Notes under the pieces: generated by a model
Databases searched by the model: none
What the model was told of the DNA's origin: nothing
What the model saw: the letters and a program-made list of their open reading frames with translations, nothing else
Assembly: GCA_038204565.1 (NCBI GenBank)
Contig: JBBRCU010000008.1
Span: 18,412 to 82,411 of the forward strand
Direction of reading: 5' to 3'
DNA: 64,000 nucleotides
Source: Candidatus Limnocylindrales bacterium
GTDB lineage: Bacteria > Chloroflexota > Limnocylindria > Limnocylindrales > CSP1-4
Shown: positions 1 to 9,705 of the stretch, one piece after another
How positions within the stretch are numbered: the first letter of the stretch is position 1
Layout: every line of letters starts with the position of its first letter
Translations under genes and position numbers: made by a program

Positions 1-337
1 TGCCGTGCTTGGCGACCGGAACCCCGCTGGCGGCCACGACCAGCGCGGACGTCGTCGATACGTTGAACGTACCGCTCTTGTCGCCGCCGGTCCCGACGAC
101 GTCGATCGCGCCGGCCGGCGCGACGACCTGCAGCACCCGCTCCCGCATGGCCGTCGCGAATCCGGTCAGCTCCTCGACGGTCTCGCCGCGCATCCGTAAC
201 GCCACGAGGAGCGCCGCCAGGAGCGCCGGCGTTGCCTCGCCGTCCATCACCGAGCCCATCGCGGCCCGCGCCTCGTCCCGGCTCAGGCGCTCGCCGTCGA
301 TCACCCGCGACAGCGCGTCGCGGACGGCCTCACTCAT
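1..337 (-). CDS. trpD: Anthranilate phosphoribosyltransferase (5' part; runs off the window)
   Basis: Hand translation [19 protein letters not shown]...[18 protein letters not shown]...VAKHG has the TrpD PRPP-binding motifs. ATGA overlap with the trpG stop. Not in the ORF track. Confidence 0.95.
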   Translation of the reverse strand, partial: MSEAVRDALSRVIDGERLSRDEARAAMGSVMDGEATPALLAALLVALRMRGETVEELTGFATAMRERVLQVVAPAGAIDVVGTGGDKSGTFNVSTTSALVVAASGVPVAKHG

Positions 338-1059
338 CGGACGGCCCCGGCCAGGCCGTCGCCGGCACCCGCACCGGCGCCGGCGCCCGCACCGGAGGCC
401 GGGCCTTCGGCCAGGCCGGCCGTCGCGAAGGTTCCGGTCGCGTCGTCGAGCCGCGACGCCTCCCCTTCCCCGGCCTGGCGGAGAAAATTCGCGAGGAGAT
501 GCGGGCCTTGCGGCGTGAGCACGGACTCGGGGTGGAACTGGACGCCCTCCAGTGGCAGCGACACGTGACGGATCCCCATCACGACCCGGTCGACCTCGCT
601 CATCGCGGTCACCCGCAGGTCTGGCGGGAGCGTCGCGACATCCACCGCGAGTGAGTGATAGCGCGCGGCCAGGAACGCCGGCGGCATCCCGCTGAGGAGC
701 CCGGCCCCGTCGTGGGTCACCTCGGACGCATCGCCGTGGACGAGGGTCGGGGCGCGGACGATCGACGCCCCGAACACCTGGGCCAGCGACTGCATCCCGA
801 GGCAGACCCCGAGGAGCGGGATCGAGCGCTCACGGGCGACCTCGATCGTGGCCATGGAGACACCGGCCGAATCCGGGTCGCCGGGTCCCGGCGAGATGAC
901 GATGCCGCGGAGGGCCACGGTCGGGTCGTCGGCGAGGGCCTCGACCCCGGCCCGGTCGATCGCGTCGTTGCGGACGACCCGGACGTCGGCGCCGGCAGCC
1001 TGCAGCGCCTGGACCAGGTTGAAGGTGAAGCTGTCGTAGTTGTCGATGACGAGGATCAT
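334..1059 (-). CDS. trpG: Anthranilate synthase component II (glutamine amidotransferase)
   Basis: [23 protein letters not shown] and QFHPES motifs; lies between trpE and trpD; Gly/Ala-rich C-terminal tail. Confidence 0.95.
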   Translation of the reverse strand: MILVIDNYDSFTFNLVQALQAAGADVRVVRNDAIDRAGVEALADDPTVALRGIVISPGPGDPDSAGVSMATIEVARERSIPLLGVCLGMQSLAQVFGASIVRAPTLVHGDASEVTHDGAGLLSGMPPAFLAARYHSLAVDVATLPPDLRVTAMSEVDRVVMGIRHVSLPLEGVQFHPESVLTPQGPHLLANFLRQAGEGEASRLDDATGTFATAGLAEGPASGAGAGAGAGAGDGLAGAVR

Positions 1060-2687
1060 CGGTCCGCTCCGGCGCCCGCGGGCTCGGCCGACGTGCGACC
1101 GCGGGGTGCATCGGCGGGGGCCGCCGCCAGCTCGATCGCCCGGCGGAGAGCGGCCGCCTTGTGCTCGGTCTCCTCGAACTCCTTCTCCGGGACGCTGCCC
1201 GCGACGATCCCGGCCCCAGTGTGGATATGGGCCTGGCCTTCGCGCAGGACGGCACTTCGGATCGTGATCGCGGTGTCGAGGTTGCCGTCGTAGCCGAGGT
1301 AGCCGACCGCGCCGCCGTAGAGCCCGCGCCGCTCGCCCTCGGCCGCGGCGATGAGTTGCATCGCCCGGACCTTCGGGGCGCCGCTGAGGGTCCCTGCCGG
1401 GAAGACCGAACGGAGGGCGTCGAGCGCGTCGAGCTCCGGCTTGAGGCGGCCCTCGACGTGCGACACGAGATGGAGGACGTGGCTGTACTTCTCGACCTCC
1501 ATGTATTTGCTCACGGTCACCGTGCCCGGCCGTGAGACCCGTCCCAGGTCGTTCCGGCCGAGGTCGACCAGCATGATGTGCTCGGCTCGCTCCTTGGGAT
1601 CGCGCTGGAGCTGCTCGGCGAGGAGCGCGTCCTCGCGCTCGTCCGCGCCGCGCGGTCGGGTTCCGGCGATCGGGTGGGTCGTCAGCTTGTCGCCCTCGAC
1701 CTGGAGGAGCAGCTCCGGGCTGGCCCCGACGACCTCGAAGGTCGGCGTCCGGACGAAGAACAGGTACGGGCTCGGGTTCACCCGGCGGAGGGCGCGGTAG
1801 AGCGAGATTCCATCGAGCTGACGGCCCGTCGCCGGATCGAGCGGCAGGTCAAACGACTGGCGCCGGGCGAGGACCACCTGGATCGCCTCACCGGCGACGA
1901 TCGCGTCCTTGGCGACCTCGACCGCATGGATGTACGCATCGCGGCCGAGAGAGGTTCGGATGTCGCGCTCGGCAAGGCCGCCACGTCCCGTTGCCGGAGC
2001 GGCGCCGTTCGGGCGGGCCGGCCCGGCGATCTCGGCGGCGCTCGGCTTGGCGGTCTTCTCGAGCGCCTCGAAGATCGCCTGCTCGGCGATCCGGTAGCGG
2101 CCCTCGAGGTCCGGCGTCTCGGTGTGGAGGGAGGCGATCGCGCTCAGGGTATGGGTCAGGTGGTCGAAGACGAGGACGAGGTCGGTCTCGATGAATGCCG
2201 CCGTCGGGACGCCGACCGGGTCGCGGTCCGGGAGTGGGACGGTTGGCTCGAAGGCGTTGACCGCGTCGTAGGCGAGGGCGCCGACCGCGCCGCCGGTGAA
2301 CCGCGGCATGCCCTCGGTCGGCAGGACGCGGCGGCGGGGCACGAACCGGCGGATGGCATCGAGCGGGTCGGGCGCCTCGGCGACGTCCACTGGCAGGTCC
2401 GGCGTGTAGGTGTCGACGCTGACCGGGCGGGTCTGGGTCCGGGCAACCCCGTCACGGACCTCGAGGAGTCGGCGCGGCCCCACGCCCAGGAACGAGTACC
2501 GCCCGAGGCGCTCGCCGCCCTCGACGGATTCCAGGAGGTAGGCCGGAGTCGCGCCGTCGTCGAGGCGAAGGAACGCGCCAATCGGCGTCTCGAGATCGGC
2601 CGCGCGGGTGGCGCGCAGGAGCAGCGTGTCGGCGTTGCCGGCCAGGCGCTTGGCCTCGGTCAGGCTGAGCGGATCGGTGGTGCTCAT
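1056..2687 (-). CDS. trpE: Anthranilate synthase component I
   Basis: LLES, NPSPY, PIAGT, KERAEHIMLVDLGRND and PAGTLSGAPK motifs; Trp T-box upstream. Confidence 0.95.
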   Translation of the reverse strand: MSTTDPLSLTEAKRLAGNADTLLLRATRAADLETPIGAFLRLDDGATPAYLLESVEGGERLGRYSFLGVGPRRLLEVRDGVARTQTRPVSVDTYTPDLPVDVAEAPDPLDAIRRFVPRRRVLPTEGMPRFTGGAVGALAYDAVNAFEPTVPLPDRDPVGVPTAAFIETDLVLVFDHLTHTLSAIASLHTETPDLEGRYRIAEQAIFEALEKTAKPSAAEIAGPARPNGAAPATGRGGLAERDIRTSLGRDAYIHAVEVAKDAIVAGEAIQVVLARRQSFDLPLDPATGRQLDGISLYRALRRVNPSPYLFFVRTPTFEVVGASPELLLQVEGDKLTTHPIAGTRPRGADEREDALLAEQLQRDPKERAEHIMLVDLGRNDLGRVSRPGTVTVSKYMEVEKYSHVLHLVSHVEGRLKPELDALDALRSVFPAGTLSGAPKVRAMQLIAAAEGERRGLYGGAVGYLGYDGNLDTAITIRSAVLREGQAHIHTGAGIVAGSVPEKEFEETEHKAAALRRAIELAAAPADAPRGRTSAEPAGAGADR

Positions 2688-2719
2688 CGTGGTTGCGGCC
2701 TCCGGGGCTTCACGGCGCC

Positions 2720-3030
2720 CGAGAATCAGACAACGACCAATCGTCCCGGGACGAAAGGTCGTGCCTTCCGCGGTGCCACCCTCATTCGGCGATGCCGCAC
2801 TTCCTGACCGACGAGTCTGTTGCCGCTCGCGCGGCCGACCGATCGGCGCTGCCCTCTATCGCTGGCGCTCTGCGCCGGAGCCTACTGGGTCCGCGCTGCG
2901 TCGCCGCGTCGCTCGCCGTTCGGTCCGGAGGCTCCCGGGTCCATTTGCCGCCGTCGTCGCTCCGGTTTCCACCAGCCACCGGATCTCTCTGCCGACGCTC
3001 GACGGGGACTCGTCCCGTTCACAGCCCGTT
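2720..3030 (-). ncRNA. T-box riboswitch with Trp (UGG) specifier
   Basis: Minus strand: AGAGA and GGUG stem I motifs, specifier AAUGGA (UGG at 2941-2943), T-box AAUGAGGGUGGCACCGCG (2769-2786), then hairpin ACGACC..CGUCCC/GGGACG..GGUCGU with a weak U tract. Candidate -10 TATCCT at 3048-3053. Confidence 0.92.
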
Positions 3031-3366
3031 CTTCGTGATGTCGGCGGAGGATAGGCGGGTTCGGCAGGCAGCGTCAAGCGTGGGAGGAGGGCGTGTCGGA
3101 TCCGTTCGCGGCAGTCGACTCGAAGCCGCGGCAGGCCCGGATCGGAAGCGCCGGATAGCGCGGGAACGCGGCGTCCGTCCGCGACCGGCCGCACAGGACG
3201 AACCGCGAACCGCGGCCGCTGACGACCAGGCGGGCATGGAGGCAGCCGGCGCACAACCCCGCCCACGTCGGGATGGCTGAGGCTGCAGCCAAAGCGCGAC
3301 CGGCGGCGGGTTCGCCGCGGGCCGCGGGCTCGTCGCGAGCGGCGTCGTCGCGATCCCCCGGGTCGG

Positions 3367-3858
3367 TCACCAGCTCCAGCCGGGCAGGGACTCCAGCTCG
3401 GCCGCCTGGTCGGGATCGAGCGCTCCCGCGTCGTGCCGGCTCCGGTACGTTCGCTCCCAGACTCCGAGCGGGAATCCTTCCGCCGTCGACTCCTCCGGGA
3501 ACGGCAGTTCGGCGACGCCGTTGGCGAGGAGGTCGCGGGCGTACCACATGCCGGCGTCGAAGAACGCATCGACGGCGTGGAGGGTGCCGTCCTCGGCGGG
3601 CTCGAACGTCTCCCCGTCGACGAAGCACCACGACCAGGTCTGGTCCTCCTCGAGCGTTCGCATGATCGGATGGCCCGTGGCATGGAAGTGGGCCGTCGCG
3701 TGCTTGTTCGGGCTCGTGTCGCAACAGCCGTTCTGGCCGCAGATCCGGCACTGGCGGAGATGGACCCAGGTCGAGCCCATCTCGACACAGGTGGGACAGA
3801 CGTCCAGGGCAGGGCCAACGTCGGCGATCAGCCCGAGGTGAGTACAGGTGGTGCGCAT
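3367..3858 (-). CDS. UBP-type zinc finger protein with C-terminal helicase-associated (HA)-like domain
   Basis: CxH..CxxC..WVHLRxCxxC..CCD..HATAH..HP..WSWC (zf-UBP) followed by GFPLGVW..R..L..LESLPGWSW (HA-like). TAGGTT 6 nt before the ATG. Confidence 0.8.
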   Translation of the reverse strand: MRTTCTHLGLIADVGPALDVCPTCVEMGSTWVHLRQCRICGQNGCCDTSPNKHATAHFHATGHPIMRTLEEDQTWSWCFVDGETFEPAEDGTLHAVDAFFDAGMWYARDLLANGVAELPFPEESTAEGFPLGVWERTYRSRHDAGALDPDQAAELESLPGWSW

Positions 3859-3983
3859 CCGCGGAACCTACACCGCCGCGCGTCGGAGCGCGCGATGGCC
3901 GGGCGTGACCGGCATCCACCATCATCGGTAAACTCCCACGTCCGGGCCGGTTGCTCAGATCGCCGGCCTCCTCGGGGTTCCGC

Positions 3984-5003
3984 ATGTCCGACCTGATCTC
4001 CGCCCACGGGCTCGTCAAGATCTACAAGAGCCGCAAGTCCGAGGTCCGCGCCCTCGACGGGGTCGACCTGGCCGTGCCGGAGGGAACGGTCCTCGGCCTG
4101 CTCGGTCCGAACGGCGCCGGCAAGACGACAACGGTCCGAATCCTCGCGACCCTCCTGAAGCCCGACGCCGGGACGGCCACAATCGCCGGCCACGACGTCG
4201 TCGGCGAGCCGGACGCGGTCCGCCGCCTGATGGGCCTGTCCGGCCAGTACGCCGCCGTGGACGAAAACCTGACCGGCAGCGAGAACCTGTGGCTGTTCGG
4301 GCGGCTCTACCAGTTGCCGTCGCGCGAGGCTCACTCCCGAGCCGACGAGCTGCTCAGCCAGTTCGACCTGGACGATGCCCGCGATCGAGTCGTCAAGACG
4401 TACTCGGGCGGGATGCGTCGCCGGCTCGACCTGGCGAGCGCCCTGATCGGCCGGCCCCGCCTGCTGATCCTCGACGAGCCGACGACCGGACTCGATCCGC
4501 GCAGCCGGCTCGGGATGTGGGAGGTCATCCGCGGCCTTGTTCGCGAGGGTGTGACGCTCCTGCTGACGACCCAGTACCTGGAGGAGGCCGACGAGCTGGC
4601 GGACATGATCGCCGTCGTTGATCACGGCAAGATCATCGCCCGCGGCACGGCCGACGAGCTCAAGTCGCAGGTCGGCGGCGAGCGGATCGAGGTCGTCGTC
4701 CGCGACCGGGCTGCGGTCGACACAGCCCGGGACCTCCTCGCCCGGGACGCGGGCGATGAGCACACGACGTTCGACGAGCACACTCGCAAGCTCACCGTTC
4801 CGGCGCACGGCGGCGCCCAGACGCTCGTCCAGGTCGTCCGCGACTTCGACGAGGCCGGGATCCACATCGACGACATCGCCCTCCGCCGGCCGACCCTCGA
4901 CGACGTCTTCCTGGCCCTGACGGGACGGGCCGCCGCCGATGAGACCGCCGAGGCGACCGGGACGACTGGGCCGACGACGGCAAAGCCCGGGAGGGCCGCA
5001 TGA
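3984..5003 (+). CDS. DrrA-family ABC exporter ATP-binding protein
   Basis: GPNGAGKTT, YSGGMRRRLDLA, LDEPTTGLD and LLTTQYLEEAD motifs; start MSDLIS at 3984. Confidence 0.92.
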   Translation: MSDLISAHGLVKIYKSRKSEVRALDGVDLAVPEGTVLGLLGPNGAGKTTTVRILATLLKPDAGTATIAGHDVVGEPDAVRRLMGLSGQYAAVDENLTGSENLWLFGRLYQLPSREAHSRADELLSQFDLDDARDRVVKTYSGGMRRRLDLASALIGRPRLLILDEPTTGLDPRSRLGMWEVIRGLVREGVTLLLTTQYLEEADELADMIAVVDHGKIIARGTADELKSQVGGERIEVVVRDRAAVDTARDLLARDAGDEHTTFDEHTRKLTVPAHGGAQTLVQVVRDFDEAGIHIDDIALRRPTLDDVFLALTGRAAADETAEATGTTGPTTAKPGRAA

Positions 5004-5821
5004 GCGCAGGGACGCGCGAGGCGCCGCGTGGCGGCGCGGCCCGGGCCATCACCGACGGGCTCCTCGTCGGCTGGCGCAACCTCAAGCGGATCCCACGCAT
5101 CCCGGAGCTCGCGATCTTCGCGATCCTCCAGTCGATCATGTTCGTGCTGCTGTTCGTGTTCGTCTTCGGCGGGGCGATTCCGATCCCGGGCGGCGGCGAC
5201 TACAAGCAGTTCTTCATGCCCGGGATCTTCGCCCAGACGATCGTGTTCGCCGCCGCCACGACGGCGATCGGGATGACCGATGACGTGAACAAGGGGATCA
5301 TCGACCGGTTCCGCTCGTTGCCGATGTCGCGCTCGGCGGTGATCACTGGCCGGACGTTCTCCGACGTGATCTACAACGCCGGGATCCTCCTCGTCCTGAT
5401 GGTCACGGGTTTCATCATCGGCTGGCGGGTCGACTCGCTGCCGGCGCTCGCAGCCGGGTTCCTGCTGCTTCTCTTCTTCGCCTACGGGATGGCCTGGCTC
5501 GGCGTCTGGCTCGGGCTGAACGTGCCCACCGTCGAGGTCGGCCAGCAGGTGATCTTCACGACGCTCTTCCCGATCACGTTCATCTCGAACGTGTTTGTTC
5601 CGCTGCAGACCCTGCCGTCGTGGCTCCAGCCGATCGCCGAATGGAACCCGACCTCGACCCTGACCGCCTCGCTTCGCCAGCTGTGGGGCAACCCCAACCC
5701 GTCGACCTCGGGCAGCCTGGCGACGACCCAGCCCATCCTGGTGACGATCGCCTGGGTCTTCGTCATCATCGCGATCTTCGGACCGCTCGGAGTCCGCCGC
5801 TACCGCTCCATGAGCCGCTGA
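5000..5821 (+). CDS. DrrB-family ABC-2 permease
   Basis: About six TM segments, IIDRFRSLPM motif, ATGA overlap with the ATPase gene. Confidence 0.92.
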   Translation: MSAGTREAPRGGAARAITDGLLVGWRNLKRIPRIPELAIFAILQSIMFVLLFVFVFGGAIPIPGGGDYKQFFMPGIFAQTIVFAAATTAIGMTDDVNKGIIDRFRSLPMSRSAVITGRTFSDVIYNAGILLVLMVTGFIIGWRVDSLPALAAGFLLLLFFAYGMAWLGVWLGLNVPTVEVGQQVIFTTLFPITFISNVFVPLQTLPSWLQPIAEWNPTSTLTASLRQLWGNPNPSTSGSLATTQPILVTIAWVFVIIAIFGPLGVRRYRSMSR

Positions 5822-5822
5822 C

Positions 5823-6866
5823 ATGACCGACGACGACACGACCGCCCCCGTCCGTCGTCCGTCGCGGCGTGCGCCGGCGCCTGGGTCCCGCGCGGCCGAC
5901 GCGGCGGCGGCTGGCCCGGCACCCGACGGCCCGATCGTCCCGGCCAATCAGGCCGAACCGGGATCGGCCAACGCCCGCTGGCGAGCCCTCCTCGTCGAGG
6001 GCGACCCCATTCTCGCGGACGGCGCGATGGGCACGATGCTGTTTGCGTCAGGGCTCCAGTTCGGCGATCCGCCCGAGGCCTGGAACGTCAGCCATCCGGA
6101 GGTCGTCCGCCGGATCCACCGCGGCTACCTCGACGCCGGCTCGCGGATCGTGATGACGAACACGTTCGGCGGGAACCGCCTCCGGCTGCGACTCCACGGG
6201 CTCGACAAACGGGTCTCGGAGTTGAACCGGACCGCGGCGATCCTGCTCCGGGCCGAGGTCGACGCGGCCGGCGGACGGGCTCTCGTTGCGGGGGATATCG
6301 GCCCGACCGGCGAGATCATGGCCCCGCTCGGGACGCTCGACGAGGACGAGGCCGTCGATGTCTTCGCCGAGCAGGCAGCGGCGCTGGTCGCCGGCGGCGT
6401 CGACGTCATCTGGATCGAGACGATGTCGCACCTGTCGGAGATCGGTGCGGCGATCCGAGGAGTGAGGCGCGCGTCGACGGGGATCCCGATCATCGCCACG
6501 ATGACCTTCGATACCCGCGGCCACACGATGATGGGCGTGTCGCCGGAACAGGCGGCGCGATCACTGCTCGAGGCCGGCGCGGACGCGATCGGAGGCAACT
6601 GCGGCAACGGTCCCGACGAGCTGCTACCGGTCGTCTCGAAGATGGCCGCCGTCGCACCGGATGCCGTTCTCGTCGCCAAGTCCAACGCCGGTATGCCCGA
6701 GCTCATCGATCTGCGCGCCGTCTACCGGGCCGATCCGCCGACGATGGCCGAGGCAGGTCTCGGGTTCCGGGCGGCCGGCGCCCGGATCATCGGCGCCTGC
6801 TGCGGCTCCTCGCCGGCCCATCTCGCGGCGATGGCCGAGGCGCTCGAGGTGCCGCACCCGGGCTGA
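5823..6866 (+). CDS. Stand-alone homocysteine S-methyltransferase family protein (MetH Hcy-binding-domain-like)
   Basis: ADGAMGT, TNTFG, GDIGPTG, IETM, GGNC, NAGMP and GACCG Zn-binding motifs. Confidence 0.88.
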   Translation: MTDDDTTAPVRRPSRRAPAPGSRAADAAAAGPAPDGPIVPANQAEPGSANARWRALLVEGDPILADGAMGTMLFASGLQFGDPPEAWNVSHPEVVRRIHRGYLDAGSRIVMTNTFGGNRLRLRLHGLDKRVSELNRTAAILLRAEVDAAGGRALVAGDIGPTGEIMAPLGTLDEDEAVDVFAEQAAALVAGGVDVIWIETMSHLSEIGAAIRGVRRASTGIPIIATMTFDTRGHTMMGVSPEQAARSLLEAGADAIGGNCGNGPDELLPVVSKMAAVAPDAVLVAKSNAGMPELIDLRAVYRADPPTMAEAGLGFRAAGARIIGACCGSSPAHLAAMAEALEVPHPG

Positions 6867-7085
6867 TCGTGCCGTCCGCCGCGGGCACCGCGAGATCTTG
6901 CCCCCTCCGGTTGCGTGTAGCCGCATTGTGCGAATCTCGACTTATGCGGCTATTGGCATCGGCGGCGACGTCGCGCGGGCGCCGCGGGCGCCGCGGGCGC
7001 GGGGGGCACGCGGGCGCACAGTCGGCGGGCGACAGGGGCCAGGTAATCGACATCAAGCCCCGATGGACCTGCGACCAATTCCGCT

Positions 7086-7265
7086 CGATATCGACACCAT
7101 CGTTACCACGCCGCTTGGCGCCTTGCGGAGAGGGCGGGACTGCCCCTCCCGACCGGACTCGAAGCGACGCGCGAGCGGGAAGCCGTCGCCGGCGAGTCCG
7201 CGCGGCAGCGGTTCATGCGCTGCACCGTTCAGCCACCTCGTGAGCAAGGGATGGCATCGCTATCC
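7086..7265. repeat. Degenerate ~180-bp element with terminal inverted repeats (copy A)
   Basis: Left end CGATATCGACACCATCGTTACC is 20/22 identical to 20365-20386; degenerate inverted end GGATGGCATCGCTATCC at 7249-7265. Confidence 0.5.
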
Positions 7266-7281
7266 GCGGCATGAAGCGCGC

Positions 7282-7926
7282 TCAGTGGCTCAGGTCGCCC
7301 TCGGGCAGGCGCTCCCCTGCCCCGACCGCGACGGGCAGCCGGTTCTCCGCCGGCGTCAGCGGGCACGAGAACTGCGGTGCGTAGACGCAGGACGGGTGAT
7401 AGGCGAGGTTGAAGTCGATCGCGTACGTACCGTCGTCGTCGGGCTCGAGGTCGAGGTACCGGCCGGCTCCGTACGTCTCGGTCCCGCTTGTCGCATCGAG
7501 GAACGGCAGGAAGAGTGACTCCGGCCGACCATCGTTGAGGACGTACGCGGTGAGTTGTCGCGGCGCGCCCTCGAGATCGAACCGGAAGACGCCGGCGCGA
7601 TGGGCCGGCCGGAGGCGACCGTCGGAGGTCGGGATCTCGAAGCGAGACGGCTCGTCTCCGGTGTATGCCTCGAGGGTCAGGCCTTCGAAGACGAGGTCCT
7701 CGTCGATCGGGTAATACGGCAGCCCGGTGAACTCGTCGCGCTCCTCGAGCGGGATCGGGCTGCCGGGAGCGGATTTGAAGAAGGCGTCCTTCTCGGCCCG
7801 GTAGCCCGCGATCGCCGCCTGGTAGTCGTGCGGCCCGTCGTGATGGTGGTGCTCGTGGTCGTGGTCGTCGTGCTCGTCGTGCTCGGGTGCGTGCTCGTCG
7901 TGCTCGGGTGCGTGCTCGTCGGTCAT
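7282..7926 (-). CDS. DUF1684 family protein with His/acidic-rich N-terminal repeat
   Basis: R.EKD.FF, PFLDATSG.ETYGAGRYL and IDFNLAYHPSCVY...SCPL motifs. Start MTDEH at 7926 (the ORF-track start lies inside the tRNA). Confidence 0.88.
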   Translation of the reverse strand: MTDEHAPEHDEHAPEHDEHDDHDHEHHHHDGPHDYQAAIAGYRAEKDAFFKSAPGSPIPLEERDEFTGLPYYPIDEDLVFEGLTLEAYTGDEPSRFEIPTSDGRLRPAHRAGVFRFDLEGAPRQLTAYVLNDGRPESLFLPFLDATSGTETYGAGRYLDLEPDDDGTYAIDFNLAYHPSCVYAPQFSCPLTPAENRLPVAVGAGERLPEGDLSH

Positions 7927-7962
7927 CGGGGACTCCCGGGGTAAGTCGGCTTCTGGCAAACG

Positions 7963-8050
<88 letters not shown>

Positions 8051-8122
8051 GGCAGGCATCTTACGGGCACACAGGGGCCAATGCGACCGCCCGCCCGGAG
8101 GGGACGAACATGCAGGTGTCGG

Positions 8123-8812
8123 TCACGACGAAGAAGCCGCGCTCGCTCGGGCCGCGGTCTTGAGGGCCCATTCCACCTGCCCCCGGATCGTGGGATCGGC
8201 CGGCAGGACGTTCTCGAACGCCGCGCCGCCGATCGTGAAGCCCCAGGCGCCGATGGTCGTGAGCGCCTGAATCTGGGCCTCGTTGACGATAGATCCGGCG
8301 ATGACGACCGGTCCCCGCGACGCCTCGACCACCGCGCCGATGATCGGTTCGACCGGGCCGGCATGCCGGTACGCGAGAAGGTCCAAGCCGTGGACGCCGT
8401 CGTGGGCGGTCAGGGCGGCTGCGGACGCGGCGATCTCATCGATCGACCCGGCGAGGACCGACGGATGGCCGATCACCTGACCGGGGAACGGGTAGTAGCG
8501 GAGCCCGGAACCGGCGAGCACCTCGAGCGCCTCATCGACATGGGTCCCGCCCATGACGACATCGACGCCGACCTCGCGAGCAACCGCGATCGAGCGGAGC
8601 TCGTCCGCGGCCGACACGCTGACGACCTCGAGGTAGACCGTCCGACCATCGGCGTGCATCCGGCGGGTCAGCTCGGCAAGCGTCGCCGGCGCGGCCCCGA
8701 CGTCCTTGAAGCCGACATGGGTCAGCGACGTGTCGCGCAGCGCGTCGTAGACGGCGAGCGCGTCGGCGACGGTCTCGTCGTTGTGGGTGAGCATGAAGAT
8801 GAACTCGGCCAT
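8123..8812 (-). CDS. Uncharacterised TIM-barrel protein (ribulose-phosphate-binding-barrel-like)
   Basis: Alternating beta/alpha pattern and C-terminal VIAGSI...GFTIGGA phosphate-binding-like signature; SD AGGAG; last gene of the kinase operon. Confidence 0.7.
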   Translation of the reverse strand: MAEFIFMLTHNDETVADALAVYDALRDTSLTHVGFKDVGAAPATLAELTRRMHADGRTVYLEVVSVSAADELRSIAVAREVGVDVVMGGTHVDEALEVLAGSGLRYYPFPGQVIGHPSVLAGSIDEIAASAAALTAHDGVHGLDLLAYRHAGPVEPIIGAVVEASRGPVVIAGSIVNEAQIQALTTIGAWGFTIGGAAFENVLPADPTIRGQVEWALKTAARASAASSS

Positions 8813-8823
8813 CAAAGCGGCTC

Positions 8824-9705
8824 CTAGCGTTGGGTGGGCGTTGGATCGGAGTTCGGGTCGGGGGTGGGGTCGGGCGCACGGGCGAGGTCACGGGGCACGA
8901 TGCCGGCGACGCCGGCGAGCACGTAACGCGGCTGGACCGGGCTGGCCGCGACGTCGGCCCGGGTGGTGGCCCCGCTCAGGACGAGCGCCGAGGCCATGCC
9001 CGCTTCGATCGCCATCCGCATGTCGGTCGCGAGACGGTCGCCGACGAGCAGGGTCCGGTTCGCAACGAGAGCCAGCCGGTCGAGCAGGGTCGCGGCCATG
9101 TGGGGGCTCGGCTTGCCGACAATCGCCTCGGCCTGCGCGCCAGTGCACGCCTCGATTGCCGCAAGCATCGCCGCGCAGTCGGGCAAGCCACCGCCGGGGA
9201 CCGGGCACCAGGCGTCCGGGTTCGTCGCGACGATCCGGGCGCCCGCCCGGACCGCGTCGAAGGCGATCTGGAGCTTGGCGTAGTCGAAGGTCCGATCGAA
9301 CGAGACAACGACTACATCGATCCGGGCCGGGTCGTCGGTCAGCTCCCAGCCCACCTCGGCGAGAAGATCCCAGAGGAGCGGCTCCGCCACCGGATAGAGC
9401 CTGGCGCCGGCGGCGTGAGCGGCAAGGTAGCGAAGGAGTGCGTCCGTCGAGGAGACGACCTCGGCCGGAGTCGCCGGGATGCCGAGGCGGCTGAGCTTGG
9501 CTGCGTAATCCGCGGGGCGTTCGAGCGGCTTGTTCGTGAGGAAGACGGTTCGGCTGCCGGCCGCCCGCACGGCCAGGACGGCGTCGTGGGCACCGGGCAG
9601 GAGGGCGTCACCGAGGTAGAGGGTCCCGTCCAGGTCGAAGACGTAGCCGTCGTAGCGGCGATCGACGTGGGTGAGCGGCGGGTGGCCGGCGCCGGCCGTG
9701 GTCAC
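8824..9705 (-). CDS. HAD-IIA (NagD/AraL-like) phosphatase
   Basis: FDLDGTLY, FLTN, ATNPD, GKP and VGDRLATD motifs; GTGA overlap at 9702-9705. Confidence 0.9.
   Translation of the reverse strand: MTTAGAGHPPLTHVDRRYDGYVFDLDGTLYLGDALLPGAHDAVLAVRAAGSRTVFLTNKPLERPADYAAKLSRLGIPATPAEVVSSTDALLRYLAAHAAGARLYPVAEPLLWDLLAEVGWELTDDPARIDVVVVSFDRTFDYAKLQIAFDAVRAGARIVATNPDAWCPVPGGGLPDCAAMLAAIEACTGAQAEAIVGKPSPHMAATLLDRLALVANRTLLVGDRLATDMRMAIEAGMASALVLSGATTRADVAASPVQPRYVLAGVAGIVPRDLARAPDPTPDPNSDPTPTQR

Noticed and set aside
3984-6866. DrrAB exporter plus methyltransferase as an antibiotic biosynthesis or resistance cluster
   Set aside because: No biosynthetic genes nearby; both families are widespread and adjacency alone is insufficient.
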